Origin: a virus
Virus record (IMG/VR): IMGVR_UViG_3300048912_000061
Span: 1 to 39,948 of that record
Reading direction: 5' to 3' (one strand)
DNA: 39,948 bases
Shown: positions 24,195 through 30,559 of the stretch, in pieces
Position numbering within the stretch: position 1 is the stretch's first letter
How the letters are laid out: every line of letters begins with the position of its first letter
Notes under the pieces: generated by a model
What the model saw: the letters and a program-made list of their open reading frames with translations, nothing else
Databases searched by the model: none
What the model was told of the DNA's origin: nothing
Translations under genes and position numbers: made by a program

Positions 24195-24577
24195 AGGTTC
24201 GCGTCCGTGCTGGCGAACGTGATCTGCACCGGCCCGCCGCCGTCGCCCATGTGCTGCACCTTGTCGCCGAACTCCTTGGGCTTCAGGCGCTGCGCAACCT
24301 TGATCCGGGTGTCGATGCGGAGCTTGGCCTTGGCGATGCCCTCATTGGTCGCCGGCGCCGCGTCCGCAATCTCCGTGCACTCCTCGATGCCGCAGTACAG
24401 CTGCTCGGTCTTGGCCGCTTCGTACATCTTGGCGAAGTCCTCGTGCTCAGCCTTCCAGCGGAACACGGTGGCCTTGCTCGGCATGCCTTCGCGCTGGCAG
24501 ATGGTCGCGATGCTGTCCGTGGTGGAGGCCATCGCGGCGCAGAATGCAGCGCCTTTTTCGGGATCGTAGGTGCTCAT
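24191..24577 (-). CDS. terS: Terminase small subunit (HTH-type)
   Basis: Internal ATG 24577 (MSTYDPEKGAAFCAAMASTTDSIATICQREGMPSKATVFRWKAEHEDFAKMYEAAK...) fits the small-terminase HTH pattern and the position. There is no Shine-Dalgarno: the terminator U-tract ends 4 nt before the ATG. Confidence 0.75.
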   Translation of the reverse strand: MSTYDPEKGAAFCAAMASTTDSIATICQREGMPSKATVFRWKAEHEDFAKMYEAAKTEQLYCGIEECTEIADAAPATNEGIAKAKLRIDTRIKVAQRLKPKEFGDKVQHMGDGGGPVQITFASTDANL

Positions 24578-24581
24578 GGTC

Positions 24582-24616
24582 AAAAAAATGCCCCGGCGCC
24601 GTGTGGCAGCCGGGGC
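24582..24616 (-). terminator. Strong intrinsic terminator abutting the terS start (tR-prime analogue)
   Basis: The minus strand reads GCCCCGGC-TGCCACACGGC-GCCGGGGC followed by ATTTTTTTGACC-ATG. Confidence 0.7.
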
Positions 24617-24839
24617 TGAAGGGGAACCGCCGCTCAACGGTTCTCGGAGACTCGGAAGGGCCATCCCAGCTCACGGCGGGCTTGCTCGTGCTGCTGCTGG
24701 GTCATGCTGGCCTCGGAAACGACAAAGCCCCGCATGCTTTCGCACCGGGGCTTCGGGGTCTGGAGACGCCGGGGGCTCCCTTTGGGAACCCGGTCGCGTC
24801 GTAATGCCAGACGGAATCAAATTGTTGGACGGCATTCTG
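24617..24839 (-). promoter_or_regulatory. Late-operon leader between the Q-like gene and terS. It contains a second hairpin and presumably the late promoter.
   Basis: It is non-coding apart from a 23-codon ORF. A hairpin AAGCCCCG(24725-24732)/CGGGGCTT(24746-24753) is present. The AT-richer patch caacaatTTGATTcc just after the Q stop is the only promoter-like spot, and no convincing -10 was found. Confidence 0.4.
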
Positions 24840-25220
24840 CTACCGGTTTTGCGCGTCGTCAACAACTTTCTCGATTGCAGTTTGTGCGTCACGGAAAGCC
24901 GAGACAAACAGGCTGATGGGCCGCACAGGCAGCTTGAGCATGCGGCAGACCACCTCCGGCCGCGCCTGCTCGATGTACGTCCAGTGGAGCATCAGGCGCT
25001 GCTGCAGGGTAATGTGCGCCATGCCGCGCTGGATGGCCACAGCGTCCCGTTCGTCCAGTTCGTCGCGCACCTCGTGGCCGCTCCAGACGTCGCCCAGGGC
25101 CGCGCGCCGCATGCGCTCGCACACAGCTCCGGTCATGCTGTCGGCGCCGCGGGCCTGCCGAGCAGTCGCCCAGCGTGCCCACGCTTCCAGCCGCGCGCCG
25201 ATGTCCTTCCGTTCCGTCAC
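24840..25220 (-). CDS. Q-like late-gene antiterminator (126 aa)
   Basis: ...IGARLEAWARWATAR...DERDAVAIQRGMAHITLQQRLMLHWTYIEQARPEVVCRMLKLPVRPISLFVSAFRDAQTAIEKVV fits the phage antitermination-Q family pattern from memory. GTG 25220 has GGAGG 7 nt upstream and overlaps the upstream stop (GTGA). It is the last early gene before the terminator and terS. Confidence 0.6.
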   Translation of the reverse strand: MTERKDIGARLEAWARWATARQARGADSMTGAVCERMRRAALGDVWSGHEVRDELDERDAVAIQRGMAHITLQQRLMLHWTYIEQARPEVVCRMLKLPVRPISLFVSAFRDAQTAIEKVVDDAQNR

Positions 25221-25438
25221 CCGGCCTCCGGTTTGTTCTGCCGCACGCTGAGGCGCCGGCCGTCGAGCACCAGCCATTCGCCGCTGAACGCGACCTTGGA
25301 GCGGCCGGGCCAGCGGACCTCTACCGATTCGGGCTGCTGGGTGTTGAACACCACGGCCTCGGCGCCTGCCTGTTCGGCCATGCGCATCACAAGGTGCGCG
25401 CACTCGGCGCCGTGGGTGAACTTGAGGGTGCTGGTCAT
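25217..25438 (-). CDS. Hypothetical protein (73 aa)
   Basis: Track ORF, coupled by 4-nt overlaps on both sides. Confidence 0.6.
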   Translation of the reverse strand: MTSTLKFTHGAECAHLVMRMAEQAGAEAVVFNTQQPESVEVRWPGRSKVAFSGEWLVLDGRRLSVRQNKPEAG

Positions 25439-25647
25439 CGGTGCGCCTCCTTCAACGCGGCCAAGTAGAGGGCGCAGCTTTCCTCAATGGAGTCGATGTC
25501 TCGAATCGAGAGCCCGGTCTCGGCATTGAGGCGCAGTCGCACCTGGCCGAGAACCATCGGGCCCAGCTCGGCATCGAGCGCTGGCATGTGCTCCGCGATC
25601 CAAGCTTGGAGAGCGTGGGCGTTGGGGCCGCCGTAGAAGCTGGTCAC
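25435..25647 (-). CDS. Hypothetical protein (70 aa)
   Basis: Track ORF. GTG start 25647 overlaps the stop of the small membrane ORF (GTGA). Confidence 0.6.
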   Translation of the reverse strand: MTSFYGGPNAHALQAWIAEHMPALDAELGPMVLGQVRLRLNAETGLSIRDIDSIEESCALYLAALKEAHR

Positions 25648-25808
25648 CGCTCCAGCTCCTCATCGTCCAGTCCGTTGGCGCGGGCGAAGATCGCCGACAG
25701 GGCCAGCACCGCACCAGCGAGCAGCGCGGCAGCCATGAGCAGCGCGCATACGGCGCCGACAGCCTGCGGCCAGTCCACGGCCTGGTAGATCGAGATCATG
25801 GTTTCCAT
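25644..25808 (-). CDS. Small membrane protein, 54 aa (METMISIYQAVDWPQAVGAVCALLMAAALLAGAVLALSAIFARANGLDDEELER), not in the track
   Basis: ATG 25808 is preceded by GAGGA, which overlaps the RusA stop (TGAGGACCCACCATG). It ends in a GTGA overlap with the next gene. There is one clear transmembrane helix. Confidence 0.5.
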   Translation of the reverse strand: METMISIYQAVDWPQAVGAVCALLMAAALLAGAVLALSAIFARANGLDDEELER

Positions 25809-25817
25809 GGTGGGTCC

Positions 25818-26264
25818 TCAGATGAGCGCGCCCTGCGGCTGCGCGGTTTCGATGGGGGTGATGGTCACGACCACGCGGGCCTCGCCATCTGGCTCCATGC
25901 GAGCTGCGTGGATCTGGCGCACCCACACATCATCGTCAAACGCGAGGCCCTTCATGGCGTCCAGCGTGACCTTGATCGCGTTGTCCAGGTCGATCGAGCG
26001 CACGCTGTCGTCCCACGCCGCGCCGGCCTGCCGCTGACGCCTCTGCCAGTCCAGCGGTCGGTGCGGGTACATGAACAGGGTCACCGCCACCCGACCGCTG
26101 ATCGGCGCTGTCAGGCCGACGGCACGCAGGCGCTGCTGCACCTCGGCCTTGAACGCCTTGGCTTCGGCGCTGACGTAGGTCATGGCGCGCTTGCCGGCCA
26201 CGCGGGTGCGCCAGTAGACGTTCGCGCTGACGGCTGGGGGCAGGGTGACGGTGATGGCGCGCAT
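25818..26264 (-). CDS. rusA: RusA-type Holliday junction resolvase
   Basis: MRAITVTLPPAVSANVYWRTRVAGKRAMTYVSAEAKAFK...IDLDNAIKVTLDAMKGLAFDDDVWV is the RusA pattern (LP.PpS.N.YWR; D.DN..K...D). The internal ATG 26264 is used. Confidence 0.8.
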   Translation of the reverse strand: MRAITVTLPPAVSANVYWRTRVAGKRAMTYVSAEAKAFKAEVQQRLRAVGLTAPISGRVAVTLFMYPHRPLDWQRRQRQAGAAWDDSVRSIDLDNAIKVTLDAMKGLAFDDDVWVRQIHAARMEPDGEARVVVTITPIETAQPQGALI

Positions 26265-26266
26265 GG

Positions 26267-26599
26267 TCAGATCCGCAGTTGGTCGCGGGCGTCGTTGAGG
26301 ATTTGAGCCAGCACTTCGATGCGGCGTGTGGCTGCCATGATGCGGTCCTCGACCTCGCACAATGCCGTTGGTGCCGTTTGCCCCGAGGCCTTCTCGGCCA
26401 ACGGCTGCTGCGCGCTCACCGGGCCCAGGCGAGAAAGCAGGCGACCCGCCGCGCTCTCCACGCTTTCGAGCCGACCGCGTAGTTCGTCCAGTGCCGACTC
26501 GATCCCGGACTTTTTGATCTCGGCGGACTTCAGCTGCTCGCCGTAGCCGGCGTTGTGCTGCTGCTGTTTCAGGATGCGTTGCAGGTCTTCAGGTCCCAT
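26267..26599 (-). CDS. Hypothetical coiled-coil protein (110 aa)
   Basis: Internal ATG 26599 (MGPEDLQRILKQQQ...) is preceded by AAGGAG. The long track version overlaps the helicase gene out of frame. Confidence 0.6.
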   Translation of the reverse strand: MGPEDLQRILKQQQHNAGYGEQLKSAEIKKSGIESALDELRGRLESVESAAGRLLSRLGPVSAQQPLAEKASGQTAPTALCEVEDRIMAATRRIEVLAQILNDARDQLRI

Positions 26600-26640
26600 C
26601 GTTTTCTCCTTGGGGTTAAGCGCTCGCGCGCGACTTGGTC

Positions 26641-27525
26641 TCAGGCGAGGCGCAGGCTGTACCGCTGCGGCACCTGCCCGGCCTTCTCGAGGTACTGGTT
26701 GCTGTCGAGGTCGAACCAGAAGCCGAGCTTCCCTTCGAACTCCCCGTTGCGCTGCTTCACGATGTCCACGACGCAGTTGTGCTCGTCGGTCTTCGGGTTC
26801 GCGTTCTTCCACACGATCGCGATGTTGTGCGACAGGTCGGTGATGGAGCTGGCGCCCTTGATGTCGAACTTGCCGGGGCACTTGTGTTCGGACTCGCCCT
26901 TGCGAATGTGGTGGACCAAGTGAACGTGCACCTCGTTGGCGTGAGCGAAGACCGTCAGGCCGTTCACGAAGTCCTTCTGCGCGTTGTAGTCGTCCTCGCC
27001 GCGCACGCACTTGGTCAGGCTGTCAACGATGAACTGCGTGATGCCGAACTTCTCGCGGGCGTAGCGCATGACCGCGATCACCTTCTTCCATTCGATGTCG
27101 CCCATGTGGTCGTAGATCCACAGGCGGTTGTCGGTCCAGCGCGCGAACTCGTTGATGCGTTCAGCCGGTGGCATTGCGCCAGCCCAGGCCTGCCGGTTCC
27201 AGCGCTTCATCTGCTGGCGCGCAGGCATCTCGAACGACAGGGACAGCACCCGCTCGGCCTGGTAGCACAGGTCCAGCGCCACCTGCGAGGTGAACATGGA
27301 CTTGCCGTGACCGTTCACGCCAGCCCACAGGGTCAGCTCACCCGGGCGGAACTGCAGGCGCGTGCGCATCTTCTCCCACAGCGGCGCGGGCATCTTCGGC
27401 GTGGCCGCGGTCGGGTAGAACAGCTCAATCACCTCCTTGGTGAACGAGGAGGCAGGCAGCACGCGGTGCTGCTCGGTGTCCTGCATGTAGGCCTCGAAAG
27501 GGATATCGTCGGGGATCAGTTCCAC
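26641..27525 (-). CDS. DnaB-like replicative helicase (RecA-fold C-terminal domain only)
   Basis: Walker A is LWAGVNGHGKSMF and Walker B is QFIVDSLTK. The HLVHHIRKG and IVWKN...VKQRNGEFEG motifs are typical of DnaB C-terminal domains. The start is GTG 27525 or ATG 27486 (GAGG upstream). Confidence 0.8.
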   Translation of the reverse strand: MELIPDDIPFEAYMQDTEQHRVLPASSFTKEVIELFYPTAATPKMPAPLWEKMRTRLQFRPGELTLWAGVNGHGKSMFTSQVALDLCYQAERVLSLSFEMPARQQMKRWNRQAWAGAMPPAERINEFARWTDNRLWIYDHMGDIEWKKVIAVMRYAREKFGITQFIVDSLTKCVRGEDDYNAQKDFVNGLTVFAHANEVHVHLVHHIRKGESEHKCPGKFDIKGASSITDLSHNIAIVWKNANPKTDEHNCVVDIVKQRNGEFEGKLGFWFDLDSNQYLEKAGQVPQRYSLRLA

Positions 27526-27944
27526 GTGGTGCTCCGGTTGTCGCGGGCCAGAAACCCAGCCGCGAAGTGTTCGTTTTGGAAGTCGAGCCAGGCCAGGAAG
27601 TCCAGCTCGTATTGCCACTGCGCCGGCGGCAACAGCACGTCGTCGGCAGTCGGGATCAGGTAGACCTTGGCGCCCCAGTTGCCGACGCGATGCCAGACGC
27701 ACAGGTAGTCCGGCCGGTGCATGGCAACGTCCTTGAGCAGCAGAGGCCAGTCCACGGAGTCGTCCACGACCAGGGCCACGTCGAGCCCGTGCACCCAGCG
27801 CCAGTCGTAGTCGGTGCCAGCCTTGGCATGCACCACGTGGTTCGGGGTCGGCACTTCGCCGACGAGCGAGACCAGGATCATGCCGCTGGGCTTCATGCCC
27901 TTGAGGCGTGCATCGAGGATGGGTTGGGCACCGGTAGCGATCAC
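27516..27944 (-). CDS. Hypothetical replication-module protein (142 aa)
   Basis: GTG 27944 overlaps the stop of the initiator gene (GTGA). The protein-like sequence ...MKPSGMILVSLVGEVPTPNHVVHAKAGTDYDWRWVHGLDVALVVDD... lies between the initiator and the helicase, in the loader position. That role is inferred only. Confidence 0.55.
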   Translation of the reverse strand: MIATGAQPILDARLKGMKPSGMILVSLVGEVPTPNHVVHAKAGTDYDWRWVHGLDVALVVDDSVDWPLLLKDVAMHRPDYLCVWHRVGNWGAKVYLIPTADDVLLPPAQWQYELDFLAWLDFQNEHFAAGFLARDNRSTTWN

Positions 27945-28666
27945 AGGATTTGCTCCTTGGGGCTGGCGGGTTTCGCGTTGGATCGCAGCTCGGCGGCTTG
28001 CAGCAGCTGGCGTCGCAGGATGCCGATCACGTAGTCGGCAGAGATGGCCTCGTTGGGCTTCGAGGCTTTCGCCTTGTCGCAGGCAGCGGAAACCTCCTCG
28101 GGCGTCACCCCAGCCTCGACCAGAGCTCGCATGGCCATGGTGCCGGGGTTGGACGCGATGCCCTTCCTGCGCATGGCGATGCTGAGAGCACCGACGGCCG
28201 ACAGGTTGCGTTCGTCCGTCCAGTCCAGCTGTTCTGGGGGTAGGGGGGTATGGTGTTTGGTGTCTGGTGTCTGGTGAGCATTGCCTTCGGAATGCGTTCG
28301 CATTGCGTCCGGTGATGCGTTCGCATTGCCAACGGATTGCGACGGAGCTTTGCTCCAGCGTGCCTCCGCACTGCGTTTGGCTTTCGCTTGCTTGTCCTGA
28401 TACCGCGCCACTTCGGCATCGCACCGTGCGTTGTGCCAGCCGTCGCCCTGCAGCTCGAAGAACTCGGCCAGGATGGTTTCGACAGCCTCCCGTTCATCCT
28501 TGGTGCGCGCGCCGATCAGCCGCTGGACCGCCTTGATGTCGGCCGGCAGCGGCTTCTCCTGGGCGTAGTACTTGCGGATCATGCGCGAGTACACGCCGTC
28601 CTCCAGGCACGACAGGTGCGCTGTGGCCTCGGCGTAGTCCCCGATGTGGTGCTCGTAGTAGTTCAT
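27941..28666 (-). CDS. Replication initiator-type protein, DUF1376 (YdaU) family
   Basis: MNYYEHHIGDYAEATAHLSCLEDGVYSRMIRKYY is the DUF1376 signature. ATG 28666 overlaps the methyltransferase stop (ATGA). The central linker carries DNA repeats (next feature). Confidence 0.8.
   Translation of the reverse strand: MNYYEHHIGDYAEATAHLSCLEDGVYSRMIRKYYAQEKPLPADIKAVQRLIGARTKDEREAVETILAEFFELQGDGWHNARCDAEVARYQDKQAKAKRSAEARWSKAPSQSVGNANASPDAMRTHSEGNAHQTPDTKHHTPLPPEQLDWTDERNLSAVGALSIAMRRKGIASNPGTMAMRALVEAGVTPEEVSAACDKAKASKPNEAISADYVIGILRRQLLQAAELRSNAKPASPKEQIL
28251..28340. repeat. Iteron-like repeats inside the initiator gene (candidate origin)
   Basis: Four tandem 7-mers TGGTGTY lie at 28251-28278. 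The 15-mer ATGCGTTCGCATTGC occurs at 28292-28306 and again at 28315-28329, each containing the palindrome ATGCG-TT-CGCAT. GCATTGC-like cores recur about every 22-23 nt (28278, 28300, 28323, and a variant at 28334). Confidence 0.5.
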
Positions 28667-29562
28667 GCCGCGGCTCCCATCACGGCTTCGATGAAGACCC
28701 GCGCCGCTTCGGCGTTGATCGCGTTGCCATAGGCGCGCAGGCGTCCCACTCGGGCGGGAGCCCCATGAGCCAGCGGGAATGTGCCGGGTTGTACTGGCCG
28801 CCAATAACCATCGCGGCATCCGAGCCAGTCAGCAGAACTCCAGTAGCCGTTAGTCGGGCCGGGCCGCAGATCGCAGCCGCCTGCGCTAAGTCCTGCGGGG
28901 TTCCCTTCCGCTGGATTTCGCGGAGTGACCCCTCCAGCGTCCGCACGTTCTTCTCGACGTCCGCTGCGAGCGGTGTCGGCCAGCCGGCCAGTGGCGCTAC
29001 TCTCGGCAGATCGCGCGGATTCGATCCGTCGCCGGCGCTGGTGCGGTGATCGCGTGCCAGTGGTGTGGGCCACCCAGTAAGCGCGCTCTCTTGGGTGCGG
29101 CGCACCGACGCCCGCAGCCGGGAACGGGACCGCCCCGAAGGCGTAATCCAGGGCTTCCAGGTCAGTGTGTACAAGGTCGATCCAAGGGCCTGCGTTGCTG
29201 CTCGCAACCTGCTCTCCAAGGACTGCTGCAGGGCGGCACTCGCTGATGAGGTGGTGGAAGGCTGGCCACAGGTGCCGCTCGTCAGCAAACCCAGCGCCTT
29301 GGCCTGCCGCGCTGAAAGGTTGGCACGGACAGGAACCGGTCCAAACAGGTCGATCATCGCCCCATCCGGCACGCCGAAGAGCATGCGACCAGACGCCGAT
29401 GCCGGCGAAGAAGTGGCACTGCTTGAAGCCGCGCAAATCGCTTGGGTGGACATCCTCTATGCTCCGGGTATCGACCACGCCGTCTGCGATGTGGCCGGCC
29501 GAGATCAACTCCTGCAGCCATTCGGCGCAATAGGTGTCGATCTCGTTGTAGTAGACGGTCAT
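28663..29562 (-). CDS. DNA (cytosine-5) methyltransferase, frame A (299 aa)
   Basis: MTVYYNEIDTYCAEWL...QCHFFAGIGVWS...TGSCPCQPFSAAG (motif IV PCQ), LGEQV (motif VI-like), GAPHPRERAYWVA (motif VIII-like) and C-terminal RLRAYGNAINAEAARVFI (motif X-like). ATG 29562 overlaps the upstream stop (ATGA). The central 70 codons are Arg/Gly/Ala junk-like. Confidence 0.8.
   Translation of the reverse strand: MTVYYNEIDTYCAEWLQELISAGHIADGVVDTRSIEDVHPSDLRGFKQCHFFAGIGVWSHALRRAGWGDDRPVWTGSCPCQPFSAAGQGAGFADERHLWPAFHHLISECRPAAVLGEQVASSNAGPWIDLVHTDLEALDYAFGAVPFPAAGVGAPHPRERAYWVAHTTGTRSPHQRRRRIESARSAESSATGRLADTARSGRREERADAGGVTPRNPAEGNPAGLSAGGCDLRPGPTNGYWSSADWLGCRDGYWRPVQPGTFPLAHGAPARVGRLRAYGNAINAEAARVFIEAVMGAAA
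28680..29384 (-). CDS. Second long ORF (frame B, 234 aa from M24; up to 257 aa from ATG 29453) fully inside the methyltransferase gene. It carries WPTP and WLMGxPxxW motifs.
   Basis: MLFGVPDGAMIDLFGP...GSTLYTLTWKPWITPSGRSRSRLRAS...GWPTPLARD...GWPTPLAAD...NPAHSRWLMGLPPEW. These resemble target-recognition and motif-IX elements of C5-MTases. GC3 in frame B exceeds frame A over much of 29384-28745 by hand counts. Confidence 0.45.
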   Translation of the reverse strand: MLFGVPDGAMIDLFGPVPVRANLSARQAKALGLLTSGTCGQPSTTSSASAALQQSLESRLRAATQALGSTLYTLTWKPWITPSGRSRSRLRASVRRTQESALTGWPTPLARDHRTSAGDGSNPRDLPRVAPLAGWPTPLAADVEKNVRTLEGSLREIQRKGTPQDLAQAAAICGPARLTATGVLLTGSDAAMVIGGQYNPAHSRWLMGLPPEWDACAPMATRSTPKRRGSSSKP

Positions 29563-29741
29563 GCCGCGGCCCGCTCCTGCAGGTGCTTGCTCTGCTTCTC
29601 GCACCGATCCCACTCCGCCTGCCAGGTCTCGATAGCTGCGGTGCTGTGCCAGTTGAAGCCGTGGTCGTCGCGGTGGGCGCCGCGGTGGAAGGCTGCGCGC
29701 GCTTTGGCGCGGATCATGTCCTTGGAGACGATCGGGGTCAT
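29559..29741 (-). CDS. Hypothetical protein (60 aa)
   Basis: Internal ATG 29741 (MTPIVSKDMIRAKARAAFHRG...) overlaps the upstream stop (ATGA), and its own stop overlaps the MTase start. Confidence 0.55.
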   Translation of the reverse strand: MTPIVSKDMIRAKARAAFHRGAHRDDHGFNWHSTAAIETWQAEWDRCEKQSKHLQERAAA

Positions 29742-30112
29742 GCTGGGCTCCGCAGTGCAGCCAGCAGGGCCGCGTTCTGTTCCCGCAGCAGGCGGTTCTG
29801 GCGCTGCAGCTCGTTCTCGCGCTGGCGCATGCTGTTCAGGTCGTAGCCGCACTGGTGGGCCATCCAGAGCACCGGGGCATGGTTGCCGCAGGTGTCCATC
29901 AGCTTGACCAGCTTCGGCCAGATCACGCCCTCCTGACCGGACAGCCAGCGCGAGAACTGCGCCTTGTCCACGCCCAGCACCTGCTGCAGCGACTTGTCCA
30001 GCTCGAAGCCAGCCGCCTCAGCGCACAGCTCGATGGCGCCGCCGAGGGTCTTTTTACGGATGACCTCTTCGGGCCGGAGATCGATCGGCAGGCCAATTTG
30101 GCTCTGTTCCAT
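29738..30112 (-). CDS. CII-like early regulator (CP76/CII family pattern), 124 aa
   Basis: ...LGVDKAQFSRWLSGQEGVIWPKLVKLMDTCGNHAPVLWMAHQCGY fits the phage regulatory protein CII (CP76) pattern from memory, with a C-terminal coiled coil. ATG 30112 has GAGGA 7 nt upstream. It is the second gene after cro. Confidence 0.5.
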   Translation of the reverse strand: MEQSQIGLPIDLRPEEVIRKKTLGGAIELCAEAAGFELDKSLQQVLGVDKAQFSRWLSGQEGVIWPKLVKLMDTCGNHAPVLWMAHQCGYDLNSMRQRENELQRQNRLLREQNAALLAALRSPA

Positions 30113-30150
30113 GGTGGTCCTCAACAATGTTGTGAGCGGTTGTGTGGCTC

Positions 30151-30239
30151 AAAAAGGCAAAAAAAAGCAGAATCTGTTTCCACGGTGCAGCTTTTCGGCC
30201 GCGCGGAAGCACCCGCATGGCGGGCACCTCCGGCCGTGG
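30151..30239 (-). promoter_or_regulatory. Structured cro-cII intergenic element with U8 and U5 tracts (tR1-like attenuator candidate)
   Basis: Nested inverted repeats are CCACGG(30180-30185)/CCGTGG(30234-30239) and CGGCC(30196-30200)/GGCCG(30232-36), plus an inner hairpin around 30210-30227. On the minus strand these are followed by T8 (30159-30166) and T5 (30151-30155). Confidence 0.35.
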
Positions 30240-30240
30240 A

Positions 30241-30462
30241 TCAGGATGAAATGGCGCTCGGGGCTTGGCCGAACACGTCGGGGTTGAGCTCGTAGACCGT
30301 GACCTGGCCGTCCAGCTTCTCCACCAGATCACGGCAACGCGGTGCAGGCACGAGACCTTTGGCAGCCCACTTCTGGACGGCCTGAGGCTTCAGGCCCAGC
30401 AGATCACCGAGGGCGGTTTGACTGCCAGCGATGCGGATTGCTTTTGCGATACCGGTTTCCAT
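30241..30462 (-). CDS. cro: Cro-like HTH repressor (YdaS/Cro family)
   Basis: METGIAKAIRIAGSQTALGDLLGLKPQAVQKWAAKGLVPAPRCRDLVEKLDGQVTVYELNPDVF. It is divergent from the cI-like gene across the operator region. Confidence 0.8.
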   Translation of the reverse strand: METGIAKAIRIAGSQTALGDLLGLKPQAVQKWAAKGLVPAPRCRDLVEKLDGQVTVYELNPDVFGQAPSAISS

Positions 30463-30484
30463 GTGGTCGAGGGGGTTGGTTAAT

Positions 30485-30501
30485 TACAACCGTAGGTTAC
30501 A
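30485..30501. promoter_or_regulatory. Operator-like site OR-a (TACAACCGTAGGTTACA)
   Basis: It is a near-palindrome of the form TACAACC-N3-GGTTGTA and covers the proposed PR -10. The same element, inverted, recurs at 32427-32443. Confidence 0.5.
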
Positions 30502-30522
30502 TCATGGCAGGCTCAACTACAA
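30494..30522 (-). promoter_or_regulatory. Candidate PR (cro promoter): -35 TTGTAG, 17-nt spacer, -10 TAACCT
   Basis: Read on the minus strand, TTGTAG is at 30522-30517 and TAACCT at 30499-30494. The same -10 hexamer and spacing are seen at the candidate PL. An alternative -10, TGTAAT, lies at 30488-30483. Confidence 0.4.
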
Positions 30523-30542
30523 CTATTTTTTGCAGTGACCTT

Positions 30543-30559
30543 TACAACCGGAGCTTGTA
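30543..30559. promoter_or_regulatory. Operator-like site OR-c (TACAACCGGAGCTTGTA)
   Basis: It has one mismatch to a perfect TACAACC-N3-GGTTGTA palindrome and lies 11 nt upstream of the cI start. An extra half-site AACTACAAC at 30515-30523 overlaps the PR -35. Confidence 0.5.

Noticed and set aside
23202-24569. 455-aa plus-strand ORF
   Set aside because: It is antisense to the large and small terminase genes, which have unambiguous Walker motifs. Its composition is typical of a high-GC shadow ORF.
24634-24705. 23-codon ORF (MTQQQHEQARRELGWPFRVSENR) with GAGG upstream in the late leader
   Set aside because: It is too short and lacks supporting features. It could be a leader peptide, but nothing in the sequence requires it. 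It is kept only as a note.
26635-27663. 342-aa plus-strand ORF
   Set aside because: It is antisense to the DnaB-like helicase gene. It is a shadow ORF.
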